DNA of 64,000 bases, taken from an uncultured Chloroflexia bacterium (lineage in GTDB: Bacteria; Chloroflexota; Limnocylindria; QHBO01). Positions 1-8,238 of this stretch are shown piece after piece (within the stretch, counting starts at the first letter, position 1; each line of letters opens with the position of its first letter). The position numbers and the translations under genes are program-made. The notes beneath the pieces are model-generated. The model was not told where the DNA came from. It saw nothing but the letters and a program-made list of their open reading frames with translations, and did not search any database. The stretch is from the NCBI GenBank assembly GCA_963805305.1, contig CAWDTM010000008.1:328317-392316 (forward strand), read 5' to 3'.

Positions 1-1178
1 GGGCGAGGGCCGTGCTCTTCGCGACGGGTGGCTACGGCAAGCTGTTCAAGGTCACCACCAACGCGCACACCCTCACGGGGGACGGGATGGCCATCGCCTA
101 CCGCCATGGCCTGCCACTCGAGGACCTGGAGTTCTACCAGTTCCACCCGACCGGGATGTATCGCCTGGGATTCCTGCTCTCGGAGGCCATGCGCGGCGAG
201 GGCGGCATCCTCCTCAACAATGAGGGGGAGCGCTTCATGGAGCGCTACGCGCCCACCATGAAGGATCTCGCCAGCCGCGACGTGGTCAGCCGCTCCATCT
301 ACCTGGAGATCGCCGAGGGACGAGGAATCGGCGGCAAGGACTATGTCCATCTCGACGTGCGCCACCTGGGTGACGAGGTCCTCAACAAGAAGCTTCCCGA
401 CATGACCGGGTTCATCAAGACCTATTTCGGCCTGGACCCGTTGCACGACCTGGTGCCCATCCAGCCCACCGCGCACTACGCGATGGGCGGCATCCCGACT
501 GATGTCGATGGCCGCGTGCTCGGAGCGCTCACCGATGACGGAAGGCAGGCCGTCGTGCCCGGGTTCTACGCGGCGGGGGAGTGTGCCTGCGTCAGCGTCC
601 ACGGGGGCAATCGCCTGGGAACCAACTCGCTCCTCGATCTGCTGGTCTTCGGGCGTCGCGCCGGCATCGCCATGGCGCAGTACCTCCGCACGGCCCCCGT
701 GCCGGAACCGGACTCCGCGGCAGACGCGACCGCGCGCGCCGAGGTCGCGGCCCTCATGGACTCCGTGGATGGGGAGCGGCCGGCGGTGATTCGCGAGGCC
801 CTGCAGGCCATCATGTTCGACAGGTGCGGCGTGTTCCGAACCGAGGAGTTCCTGACCGAGGCGCGCGACGTGGTGGCTGGCCTGCGCGAGCGGGCGAAGC
901 ACCTCCACGTCGAGGACAAGGGTTGTCGGTACAACACGGATCTCGTCGACGCCCTCGAGCTGGGCTACCTGCTCGATATTGCCGAGGCCACCGTCGCGTC
1001 CGCCCTGGCGCGAACGGAGAGTCGCGGCGCGCACGCGCGCGAGGACCATCCCGAGCGCGACGACGTGACCTGGCTCAAGCACTCACTGGCCTTCCGCGAC
1101 GCGCAGGGCGGCCAGCCGTCGCTCGGCTACAAGCCGGTGACCATCACGAAGTTCCAGCCGAAGCCGCGGGTGTACTGA
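1..1178 (+). CDS. sdhA: Succinate dehydrogenase/fumarate reductase flavoprotein subunit, C-terminal ~390 aa; 5' end lies outside the window
   Basis: The ORF 12..1178 translation is a typical Sdh/Frd flavoprotein (FYQFHPTG, AAGECACVSVHGGNRLGTNSLLD, RGAHAREDHPERDD). The frame continues upstream of the window edge. Confidence 0.9.
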   Translation, partial: ARAVLFATGGYGKLFKVTTNAHTLTGDGMAIAYRHGLPLEDLEFYQFHPTGMYRLGFLLSEAMRGEGGILLNNEGERFMERYAPTMKDLASRDVVSRSIYLEIAEGRGIGGKDYVHLDVRHLGDEVLNKKLPDMTGFIKTYFGLDPLHDLVPIQPTAHYAMGGIPTDVDGRVLGALTDDGRQAVVPGFYAAGECACVSVHGGNRLGTNSLLDLLVFGRRAGIAMAQYLRTAPVPEPDSAADATARAEVAALMDSVDGERPAVIREALQAIMFDRCGVFRTEEFLTEARDVVAGLRERAKHLHVEDKGCRYNTDLVDALELGYLLDIAEATVASALARTESRGAHAREDHPERDDVTWLKHSLAFRDAQGGQPSLGYKPVTITKFQPKPRVY

Positions 1179-1186
1179 CCGAGCCC

Positions 1187-1888
1187 ATGGAGATCCAGCT
1201 GCGGATCCGCCGCTTCAATCCCGAGCTCGACCGGGCTCCCCATTGGGAGGAGTACCGCGTCGAGGCAGAGCCGTCCGACCGCGTCCTGGACCTGCTCCAG
1301 CAGGTGAAGTGGTACCAGGATGGCACCCTCACCTTCCGGCGCTCGTGCGGCCACGGGGTCTGCGGATCCGACGCCATGCTCATCAACGGGCGGAATCGGC
1401 TCGCCTGCGAGTACCTCGTCAAGGACGCGGGGCGCAAGGTTACCGTGGAGGCGCTGCGCGGCCTGCCGGTCGTGAAGGACCTCCTCGTCGACCAGACCGG
1501 CTTCTGGGAGAAGTACCGCGCGGCCATGCCGTACCTCGTCAACGACGAGGTCCCGGAGGATGGCAAGGAACGCCGCCAGTCGCAGGCCGATCGGTCGAAG
1601 TACGAGGACACCTCACGCTGCATCACCTGCGGGGCCTGCACGACCGGCTGCCCCGTCTTCTGGACCAACAGCGACTACATCGGCCCGGCGGCGATCGTGA
1701 ACGCCCACCGGTTCATCTTCGACACCCGCGACCATGCTCACGAGGAGCGGCTCGAGCTGATGGCGGATGCGGACGGTGTCTGGCGGTGCCGTACGGTCTT
1801 CAACTGTGTCGAGGCATGCCCGCGCGGGATCAACATCACGCGCGCCATCCTGGAGGTGACGCAGGCGATCCAGGGCGGACGTGGCTGA
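1187..1888 (+). CDS. sdhB: Succinate dehydrogenase/fumarate reductase iron-sulfur subunit
   Basis: The protein starts MEIQLRIRRFNPELD and carries three cysteine clusters (CGHGVCGSDAMLINGRNRLAC; CITCGACTTGCP; CRTVFNCVEACP). The ATG sits 9 nt after the sdhA stop; the upstream part of ORF 581..1888 is read-through in another context. Confidence 0.9.
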   Translation: MEIQLRIRRFNPELDRAPHWEEYRVEAEPSDRVLDLLQQVKWYQDGTLTFRRSCGHGVCGSDAMLINGRNRLACEYLVKDAGRKVTVEALRGLPVVKDLLVDQTGFWEKYRAAMPYLVNDEVPEDGKERRQSQADRSKYEDTSRCITCGACTTGCPVFWTNSDYIGPAAIVNAHRFIFDTRDHAHEERLELMADADGVWRCRTVFNCVEACPRGINITRAILEVTQAIQGGRG

Positions 1889-2315
1889 GACCGCCGGCAG
1901 CCGGCGCCTGCTGATCTACACCGACGGTGCCGCCCGCGGCAATCCGGGGCCGGCCGGGCTGGGAGCCATCCTCCGCGACGCGCAGACCGGCGAAACCGTC
2001 GCCGAGCTCGCGACCTACCTGGGAATCCGCACCAACAACTATGCGGAGTGGACGGCGGTCGAGGATGCGCTGGCGGAAGCCCTGCGCCTGGGTGCGACGC
2101 ACGTCGACCTGCGCATGGATTCCCAGCTGGTGGCGAGGCAGATCAGCGGCCGCTACCGGGTCAAGCATGCCGACCTCAAGCCCATTCACGCCCGGGTGAT
2201 GGCCATGCTCGGCCGGCTGCAGGGCTACAGCGTCGGGCACGTCCCGAGGGAGCTGAACAAGGACGCCGATCGGCTCAGCAACGTGGCCATCGACCAGCCC
2301 CGAGCGGTGCGCTGA
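1881..2315 (+). CDS. rnhA: Ribonuclease HI (type 1 RNase H)
   Basis: RNase H fold motifs are present: LIYTDGAARGNPGPAGLGAIL, TNNYAEW, MDSQLV, NKDADRL (the DEDD catalytic residues). It overlaps the sdhB stop by 8 nt. Confidence 0.8.
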   Translation: MAETAGSRRLLIYTDGAARGNPGPAGLGAILRDAQTGETVAELATYLGIRTNNYAEWTAVEDALAEALRLGATHVDLRMDSQLVARQISGRYRVKHADLKPIHARVMAMLGRLQGYSVGHVPRELNKDADRLSNVAIDQPRAVR

Positions 2316-2340
2316 ACCCGGGGGTGCGGTCGCGTACAAT
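2313..2340 (+). promoter_or_regulatory. Sigma-70-like promoter for rnpB (-35 TGAACC 2313-2318, 16-nt spacer, -10 TACAAT 2335-2340)
   Basis: The hexamers sit directly upstream of the predicted RNase P RNA 5' end, about 7 nt from the -10. Confidence 0.45.
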
Positions 2341-2346
2341 GCGGCT

Positions 2347-2674
2347 CCCTGGAGGCGGCCGGACGGCTGCGGGCGCGATCGTCGAAAGGCGGCGCTCGAG
2401 GAAAGTCCGAGCTCCACAGAGCAGGCTCGCGGGTAACGCCCGTCCGCCGTGAGGCGAGGACCAGCGCCACAGTGACGATGCCCGCGCAAGCGGGAGTGAA
2501 ACGCGGCAAGCTCGAGCCGGAGCAAGACCGAATAGGAGGGCGAAACCCGGCGTTCGCGCCGGAGCAGGCTGCTCGTCCAGCCCTCGGGTAGGTCGCACAG
2601 ATGGATGGCCGTCTCCGAGCCGATGGCGACATCGGTCCGGGACAGAACTCGGCTTACAGGCCGCGCTCCAGGGG
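2347..2674 (+). ncRNA. rnpB: RNase P RNA (bacterial type A, M1 RNA)
   Basis: Universally conserved rnpB motifs are present: GAGGAAAGTCCGAGCTCCACAGAGCAGG, GGTAACGCC, AGTGAAACG, ACAGATGGATGGCC, ACAGAACTCGGCTTACAGG. A P1 helix forms between 2348-2360 (cctggaggcggcc) and 2659-2672 (ggccgcgctccagg). Confidence 0.88.
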
Positions 2675-2681
2675 CTTTCCC

Positions 2682-2918
2682 TCAGTCCTCGTCCGCGCGC
2701 CAGACGGTGGTCGCGGTGCAGGCGTTGCAGATGGCCCGCGCCTCATCCATCGTTCCCAGAGGGAGCGGATGATCGCGGCCGCCCAGCAGGCAGTCGACCT
2801 GGACGCGGGCACCGGTCCGGTCCGGAAGAATCGACACGTGGCGCACGCTGCAGCGACGGATCCGCCCTCCGCGCGGGATCGGCGGTCGTTGATGCCGTTC
2901 GATCGGATCGAGTGCCAC
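2682..2918 (-). CDS. Hypothetical small protein (78 aa) with four cysteines; GTG start
   Basis: ORF with high GC3 in the otherwise empty rnpB-to-3126 spacer. A GGAG sits about 8 nt upstream of the GTG. No recognisable family. Confidence 0.3.
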   Translation of the reverse strand: MALDPIERHQRPPIPRGGRIRRCSVRHVSILPDRTGARVQVDCLLGGRDHPLPLGTMDEARAICNACTATTVWRADED

Positions 2919-3125
2919 AGGTCATGCTCCAACCGGCTGCGGTGCCAAACGACACCACGCCATCGGTAGGGTACGGACCGGCGGCACTGAATCTCAATGG
3001 CGCATTCGTACCCCTGCGGTCACCCCGCAGCGGGCATCGCACATGCCTCGGGTGGGACGCTAGACTCACATCCTGCCGGCGCTGCGCTTCATGACTGCGG
3101 CTCCGGCGGGTCGGAAGGAGGGCCC

Positions 3126-4076
3126 GTGTTCGGTCGCCGCAGGCGCAAGGAGGAGGCGGAGGAGTCCGCCCGCGAAGCCGAGCGCCGAGCGTTGTTCGCC
3201 GAGCTGGCGAAGCGACCGGAGTCCGTCTGCCCGTTCCTGGGCCTTGCCGATGCTCGGGCCGAGTACCGGCCCGAACCCAACGGCGGGCATCGCTGCTACG
3301 CGTTCGGTGATCCTGCCCCGCTCTCCGATGAGCAGCAGCGCCACGTGTGCCTGGAGCGCGGGTACTCGAACTGCCCCCGCTACCTGCGCGGTGTGCTGGT
3401 CATTCCCAGCGAGGAGCTCGAGGCGCTCCGACGGCCGCAGGCTCCCGCTCCGCCTCCGCCGCCACGGCCCGCGCCCGCATCCGGCGGTGGCGGTGGCCGT
3501 GGCCGTGGACTGGCGCTGGTTGGCGTCCTGCTGATCCTGGTCGCGGCGGTCGGCGTCGGCGGCTGGTACCTCCTGGGCAACCGGGGCAACGGTATCGCGG
3601 ACAACCCCACGAGCTCCCCGACGGCCACGCCCGCCGCCACCCAGTCAACCGCGCCCGCAGAGACTCCCATCGCGACGCCCGTGGCGACCCCTTCGGCGTC
3701 GGCCAGCCGGGCACCGACTCCGACTCCGGAGCCGACACCGGAAGCCAGTGACCGGTTCGACCACTACGAGGTGGGCGTTGGCCCAACGCGCTACACGCTC
3801 TTCACCGTCGATCCGCAGAAGGGGATCACCGGGTCTCGGGGCATCACCTTCGGCGCCTTCTCCCGCGCGCCGGTGCAGCCGTTCAAGGCCGCCAACGGCC
3901 TCGTCTACTGGCAGACCAGCGAGGGCGACCTGACGGGCTACGCCTACGTGTACGGTCAGTCGGGCGACTTCCAGCTGCGCGAGGTCTTCCTCACCCCGCA
4001 GGGCGCGCGGCGCGTCGTGCTCATGACCGCCGCGCAGGCCACGACCCTCCCGGCAGCGACACCCGCTCCGCGCTGA
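3126..4076 (+). CDS. Hypothetical single-pass membrane protein with an N-terminal cytoplasmic Cys/His cluster, a Pro/Thr-rich linker and a C-terminal extracytoplasmic domain
   Basis: Strong RBS GGAAGGAGGG 5 nt before GTG 3126. The N-terminus carries CPFLGL...HRCYAF...HVCLERGYSNCPRYL, followed by a TM helix (LALVGVLLILVAAVGVGGWYLLG) and a PTAT-rich low-complexity stretch. It lies directly upstream of mraZ. Confidence 0.6.
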   Translation: MFGRRRRKEEAEESAREAERRALFAELAKRPESVCPFLGLADARAEYRPEPNGGHRCYAFGDPAPLSDEQQRHVCLERGYSNCPRYLRGVLVIPSEELEALRRPQAPAPPPPPRPAPASGGGGGRGRGLALVGVLLILVAAVGVGGWYLLGNRGNGIADNPTSSPTATPAATQSTAPAETPIATPVATPSASASRAPTPTPEPTPEASDRFDHYEVGVGPTRYTLFTVDPQKGITGSRGITFGAFSRAPVQPFKAANGLVYWQTSEGDLTGYAYVYGQSGDFQLREVFLTPQGARRVVLMTAAQATTLPAATPAPR

Positions 4077-4170
4077 CCCGGCCGCCCCTGGGCGGGCATC
4101 CGTTCGCGGACTAGCGCCGACCTCCGGCGCCCCCGGTACGAAGGTCCCACGATCGCTGCGCCGATTTCCC

Positions 4171-4198
4171 TTGACGGGCAGCGCCTGCCCTGTAGAAT
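4171..4198 (+). promoter_or_regulatory. Pmra promoter candidate (-35 TTGACG 4171-4176, 16-nt spacer, -10 TAGAAT 4193-4198)
   Basis: Near-consensus hexamers about 55 nt upstream of the mraZ ATG. Confidence 0.5.
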
Positions 4199-4207
4199 GG
4201 CGGCCTG

Positions 4208-4243
4208 TGGGTCCAAATGGGGCCAAATGGGGAAGAGTGGTGG
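4208..4243 (+). promoter_or_regulatory. MraZ-type operator: four direct repeats (TGGGT / TGGGG / TGGGG / TGGTGG) at exact 10-bp periodicity
   Basis: gTGGGTccaaaTGGGGccaaaTGGGGaagagTGGTGG lies between the -10 and the mraZ start. This matches the spaced GTGGG/TGGGN direct-repeat architecture bound by MraZ in E. coli and Mollicutes. Confidence 0.5.
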
Positions 4244-4252
4244 ATCCCACGC

Positions 4253-4702
4253 ATGGCGCAGGCACCTTTTCTCACCGGTGAGTTCCGACACGCGCTCGAC
4301 GACCGCGGACGCGTCGCGATCCCGTCGCGCTTTCGTGCCCGTCTCGCCGAGGGGGCGACGCTGGCACGGTGGCTCGATCGCTGCCTGGGCGTCTTTCCCG
4401 CCGAGGAGTGGAACGTCCTGGCCGAGAAGATCCGTGCCCTGCCCATGACCAACCCCAACGCGCGCGAGTTCGCGCGCTTCATGTCCTCCGGCGCGGTGGA
4501 CGTGGAGCTCGATCGCCAGGGGCGTCTGCTCGTCCCGTCGTACCTGCGCGACTACGCCGCGCTGAACGAGGGCGAGGTCGTCGTGGTGGGGGCGCTGAAC
4601 CGCCTCGAGATCTGGGCTCCATCGGCATGGCAGCCGTACCGGACCCGGATCGAGGACGCGCCGGAGGAGCTGGCCGCTCACCTGGCCGAGCTCGGGATCT
4701 AG
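4253..4702 (+). CDS. mraZ: Transcriptional regulator MraZ
   Basis: Two MraZ/SpoVT-AbrB-type repeats are present (FLTGEFRHALDDRGRVAIPSRFR and VELDRQGRLLVPSYLR). It is the first gene of the dcw cluster. Confidence 0.9.
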   Translation: MAQAPFLTGEFRHALDDRGRVAIPSRFRARLAEGATLARWLDRCLGVFPAEEWNVLAEKIRALPMTNPNAREFARFMSSGAVDVELDRQGRLLVPSYLRDYAALNEGEVVVVGALNRLEIWAPSAWQPYRTRIEDAPEELAAHLAELGI

Positions 4703-4783
4703 GGCGCGCAACGCCATGACGCACGTTGCGCAGACCCCATTCATGCGTCTCCGGGCCGATCGGCCCGCCATCCGACCTGAGAG

Positions 4784-5749
4784 GTGCGGTCCATGGGAGA
4801 AGGGCACCTGCCGGTCCTCGTCGAGGAGGTTCTCGCCCTGCTCGACGTGCGGACGGGTAGCTCCGTGGCCGACTGCACGGTCGGAGGCGGTGGGCACGCC
4901 GAGCGGCTTCTGGAGACGACGTCACCGCATGGTCGCCTGCTCGGCCTCGACGCCGATCGGGCGGCCATCGCGGAGGCGTCACGCCACCTGGCGCGGTTCG
5001 GCGACCGCGTCGAGCTGCGCCAGGCCAACTTCTCGTCCATCCTCGACGAGGCCGCCACGACGGGCTTCCTGCCGCTCGACGCCGTCCTCTTCGACCTGGG
5101 CCTCTCGAGCTACCAGCTTGCCGATCCCGCGCGAGGCTTCAGCTTCGGGTCCGAATCGGCCCCGGACATGAGATTCGATGAAGAAGCAGGACTCTCCGCC
5201 CTCGACCTCATCGACGCGACCTCGGAACGAGAGCTCGCCGGAATCATCGCGACGTTTGGTGAGGAACGCCGTGCAGGCCGCATCGCGAAGGCGATCCTGG
5301 CGGCGCGCCAGGAAGGTCGCCTCGTGAGTGCCGCCGACCTGGCCGCCGTGGTCGCGTCCGCGGTCGGGCGGCGGGGGCCCGCCGACGCACGCCGCATCCA
5401 CCCAGCAACGCGCACCTTCCAGGCCTTGCGCATCGCGGTCAACCGGGAGATGGAGGTCCTTGGGGCGGGGCTCGCCGGGGCGCTGGCCGCACTCCGCCCG
5501 GGCGGCCGCCTGGCGGTCATCAGCTACCACTCCGGCGAGGACCGCATCGTCAAGCGCTTCATCGCGCGCGAGGGCCGTGACTGCATCGAGGATCCGTTGC
5601 CGCCGGTCTGCACCTGCGGCCACCGGGCGCAGCTGCGCCCGATCACCAAGGGCGCCGCGACGCCGACCGAAGCCGAGGTCGGCCGAAACCGCCGAGCCCG
5701 CAGCGCACGGCTGCGGGTGGCCGAGAAGCTCGCCCCGCTGGGCGCGTGA
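4784..5749 (+). CDS. rsmH: 16S rRNA (cytosine1402-N4)-methyltransferase RsmH (MraW)
   Basis: HLPVLVEEVL, DCTVGGGGHAE, FDLGLSSYQLADPARGF and ISYHSGEDRIVKRF are RsmH hallmarks. The start may be GTG 4784 or ATG 4793. Confidence 0.9.
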   Translation: MRSMGEGHLPVLVEEVLALLDVRTGSSVADCTVGGGGHAERLLETTSPHGRLLGLDADRAAIAEASRHLARFGDRVELRQANFSSILDEAATTGFLPLDAVLFDLGLSSYQLADPARGFSFGSESAPDMRFDEEAGLSALDLIDATSERELAGIIATFGEERRAGRIAKAILAARQEGRLVSAADLAAVVASAVGRRGPADARRIHPATRTFQALRIAVNREMEVLGAGLAGALAALRPGGRLAVISYHSGEDRIVKRFIAREGRDCIEDPLPPVCTCGHRAQLRPITKGAATPTEAEVGRNRRARSARLRVAEKLAPLGA

Positions 5750-5760
5750 GAGGAGGCATC

Positions 5761-5970
5761 ATGAGCCGAGGGAAACCACGACACCAGGCAAGCCGACGGC
5801 GCACGTACAGCGTGCGGCAGCGCGAGCTCCGCGACCGCCGCACGCGGGCCATTACCGAGGACCGTCGCTGGCTCGAGGAGAGCGTGGCGTTCGAGATCGA
5901 GGAGGGGCTTGACTTCGAGTCGCCGACCTCGTGGGGGGTCAGGCTGCACGGCCGCCCCACGGCCGCCTGA
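5761..5970 (+). CDS. Hypothetical small, highly basic protein (69 aa) inserted between rsmH and ftsL
   Basis: GAGAGGAGG RBS immediately upstream of ATG 5761. High GC3. It overlaps the rsmH stop and ends 1 nt before the ftsL ORF. No known family. Confidence 0.4.
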   Translation: MSRGKPRHQASRRRTYSVRQRELRDRRTRAITEDRRWLEESVAFEIEEGLDFESPTSWGVRLHGRPTAA

Positions 5971-5973
5971 TCC

Positions 5974-6411
5974 ATGGCGGTCATCGGCGCACGTCCCGCC
6001 ACGGGCATCGGCGTCCTCGGTCGCCGCTCGCGGCAGCGGCCGGTCCCCGGTCCACGGGGGCCGCGCGTGCGTCACGTGGGTGCCCTGCGCCAGCGACGGC
6101 AGGCCAGCGTTGCCGGGCTGCTGGCCACGATCGTCGCCGCGGCGGGGCTCGCATTCTTCTATCTGTCGCAATCGAGCCACGTAGCCGCGGTCGGCTACCA
6201 GATCGACAGCCTGCAGTCCCGGATCGCGACCCTGAAGGCCGAGCAGCAGCAGCTCGTGCTCCAGATCGGAACCGCCCGCGCCCCGTCGGAGGTCCTGAAC
6301 AAGGCAGGCACGGACCTGAAGCTTGTCCCCTTGCCGCAGTCGGCGGTCACGTTCGCCATCCCAAGCAGTGGCGCAGCCGGCGCCAGCTCATCGCCAGACA
6401 CCACCCACTGA
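5974..6411 (+). CDS. ftsL: Cell division protein FtsL (septum formation initiator family); true start may be internal
   Basis: Arg-rich N-tail, single TM (VAGLLATIVAAAGLAFFYL), then a coiled-coil (IDSLQSRIATLKAEQQQLVLQI). It occupies the canonical position between rsmH and ftsI. Confidence 0.6.
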   Translation: MAVIGARPATGIGVLGRRSRQRPVPGPRGPRVRHVGALRQRRQASVAGLLATIVAAAGLAFFYLSQSSHVAAVGYQIDSLQSRIATLKAEQQQLVLQIGTARAPSEVLNKAGTDLKLVPLPQSAVTFAIPSSGAAGASSSPDTTH

Positions 6412-6435
6412 GCCGGGCGTCCACCCGGACGCTCG

Positions 6436-8238
6436 ATGGAGACGCGCATGCTCGCCAGGACCGATAGTCGGGGTCGCGCCCTCTTCCTCCTGGTGGTGAT
6501 GGCCCTGATCGCCACCGTGATCGGCGGACGCCTGGCCTGGTGGCACGTGGCCCAGCACGACCGGCTTGCTGCCATGGCGGCGGACCAGCTGGCCCAGCGC
6601 GAGGAGATCCCCGCCGAGCGCGGCGAGATCCGCGACTCACGCGGCGTCCTGCTGGCCACATCGGTCCAGGTCTTCTCCATCTATGCCACCCCGCCACAGG
6701 TGACCGACAAGGAGAGCGAGGCCGCCATCCTCGCCAACGTGCTGTCAATGCCGGCCACCGACATGCTCGACCTGTTCACGAGCGGAAAGGCGTGGGTATG
6801 GCTGGAGCGCCGCGTGGATTCGAAGGTCTCCGACCGGGTCAGAGCCCTGGGGCTGCCCGGGATCGGCCTGCTCCCCGAGACGCGTCGCGTCTATCCGACC
6901 GCCGGCGCCGCACCGGGCTCCACCCTGGCATCCCAGCTGCTCGGCTACGTCAACGTGGACGGCACCGGCCAATATGGCGTCGAGGGCGCGGAGAACGCCC
7001 TCCTGACCGGCACCCCGGGGGCGGTCGTCGCCCAGGAGGACGTGGCGGGGCGCCAGATCGCCGACTCGGTGACGTCTGCCCAGGCCCCGGTGAATGGCGC
7101 GGATCTGACGCTCACCATCGATGCCGGCCTGCAGCATCTCCTCGAGGAGCGGATGTACCAGAGCTATGCGAAGAACCTGGCGCACGGGGCCACCGGCATC
7201 ATCATGGACGTCCATTCCGGCGCAATCCTGGCCATGGCCACCTTCCCGGCCTACGACGCGAACCAGTACAGCGCCACCGATCCGACCCTCTTCGACAACC
7301 CGGCGGTTGCCCATCCGTACGAGCCGGGGTCGGTCATGAAAGCCTTCACGATCGCCGCGGCCCTCGATGCCGGGGCGATCACGACCCAGACCACGGTCGT
7401 CGACGACAACAACCTGCGCCTGCGCGGGGTCCGGATCCAGAACGCCGACCGCTATGACTGGCCGTACGGCCACGGAAAGATCACGGCCCAGCAGGTGCTC
7501 CAGCTGTCGAACAACAACGGTGCCGCCCGCATCGGCCTGAAGCTGGGCGGTGAGAAGCTCTACCAGGCCTTCCGGCGCTACGGCTTCGGTCAGCCGACGG
7601 GCATCGACATCGCCGGCGAGGTGGGCGGCACGCTCTGGGACCCGGCCAGTCCCAACGCGTCGGGTGACCTGACCACCGCCCAGAACGCGTTCGGTCAGGG
7701 GCTCACCGTCACGGCCGTCCAGCTCGTCGCCGGGTACGCCGCGATCGCGAACGGCGGTGTCATGGTCACGCCGCACGTGATCGCCGGGTGGACCGACGCG
7801 AACGGCACCTACCACCCCACCGCGCGCCCGGAGGGCGAGCGGATCATGAAGCAGCAGACCGCTTCGACGGTGGTGCGGCTCCTGACGGGGGCCATCGACG
7901 GCGGGATCGCCAAGGCTGCCTCGGTGCCCGGATACGGCATCGCCGGGAAGACCGGTACGGCGCAGATCGCCGGTCCGGTGAAGGTCCGCGACGCGAGCGG
8001 CAAGCTCGTGACGCGAACCGAGTACATCGAAGGCTGGATCGACTCCTCGTTCATCGGTGTCTACCCCGCCAGCAACCCGCAGCTCGTCACGCTCATCCTC
8101 CTCCACCGCCCGTCGACCTGGGGTCGCTACCAGATGGTCGAGCGGCCGGAGGCGGTCTTCCACGACCTTGCGCCGCAGATCCTCGACTACCTGGCCATCC
8201 CGCCCGACCGGCCGACCACTCCGGTCGCCGCCCGATGA
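6436..8238 (+). CDS. ftsI: Peptidoglycan D,D-transpeptidase FtsI (class B PBP)
   Basis: N-terminal TM, PBP dimerisation domain, and transpeptidase motifs (SVMK-like STxK region, SNN, KTGTA). Confidence 0.85.
   Translation: METRMLARTDSRGRALFLLVVMALIATVIGGRLAWWHVAQHDRLAAMAADQLAQREEIPAERGEIRDSRGVLLATSVQVFSIYATPPQVTDKESEAAILANVLSMPATDMLDLFTSGKAWVWLERRVDSKVSDRVRALGLPGIGLLPETRRVYPTAGAAPGSTLASQLLGYVNVDGTGQYGVEGAENALLTGTPGAVVAQEDVAGRQIADSVTSAQAPVNGADLTLTIDAGLQHLLEERMYQSYAKNLAHGATGIIMDVHSGAILAMATFPAYDANQYSATDPTLFDNPAVAHPYEPGSVMKAFTIAAALDAGAITTQTTVVDDNNLRLRGVRIQNADRYDWPYGHGKITAQQVLQLSNNNGAARIGLKLGGEKLYQAFRRYGFGQPTGIDIAGEVGGTLWDPASPNASGDLTTAQNAFGQGLTVTAVQLVAGYAAIANGGVMVTPHVIAGWTDANGTYHPTARPEGERIMKQQTASTVVRLLTGAIDGGIAKAASVPGYGIAGKTGTAQIAGPVKVRDASGKLVTRTEYIEGWIDSSFIGVYPASNPQLVTLILLHRPSTWGRYQMVERPEAVFHDLAPQILDYLAIPPDRPTTPVAAR

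Noticed and set aside
581-1888. 435-aa ORF suggesting a fused SdhA-SdhB reading frame
   Set aside because: The N-terminal 200 aa are an out-of-frame overlap with sdhA, Arg/Gly-rich nonsense. SdhB begins at the internal MEIQL start, 9 nt after the sdhA stop.
7788-8234. Upstream extension of the murF ORF (start at 7788)
   Set aside because: This is an out-of-frame overlap with ftsI. The MurF homology starts at the ATG overlapping the ftsI stop (8235).
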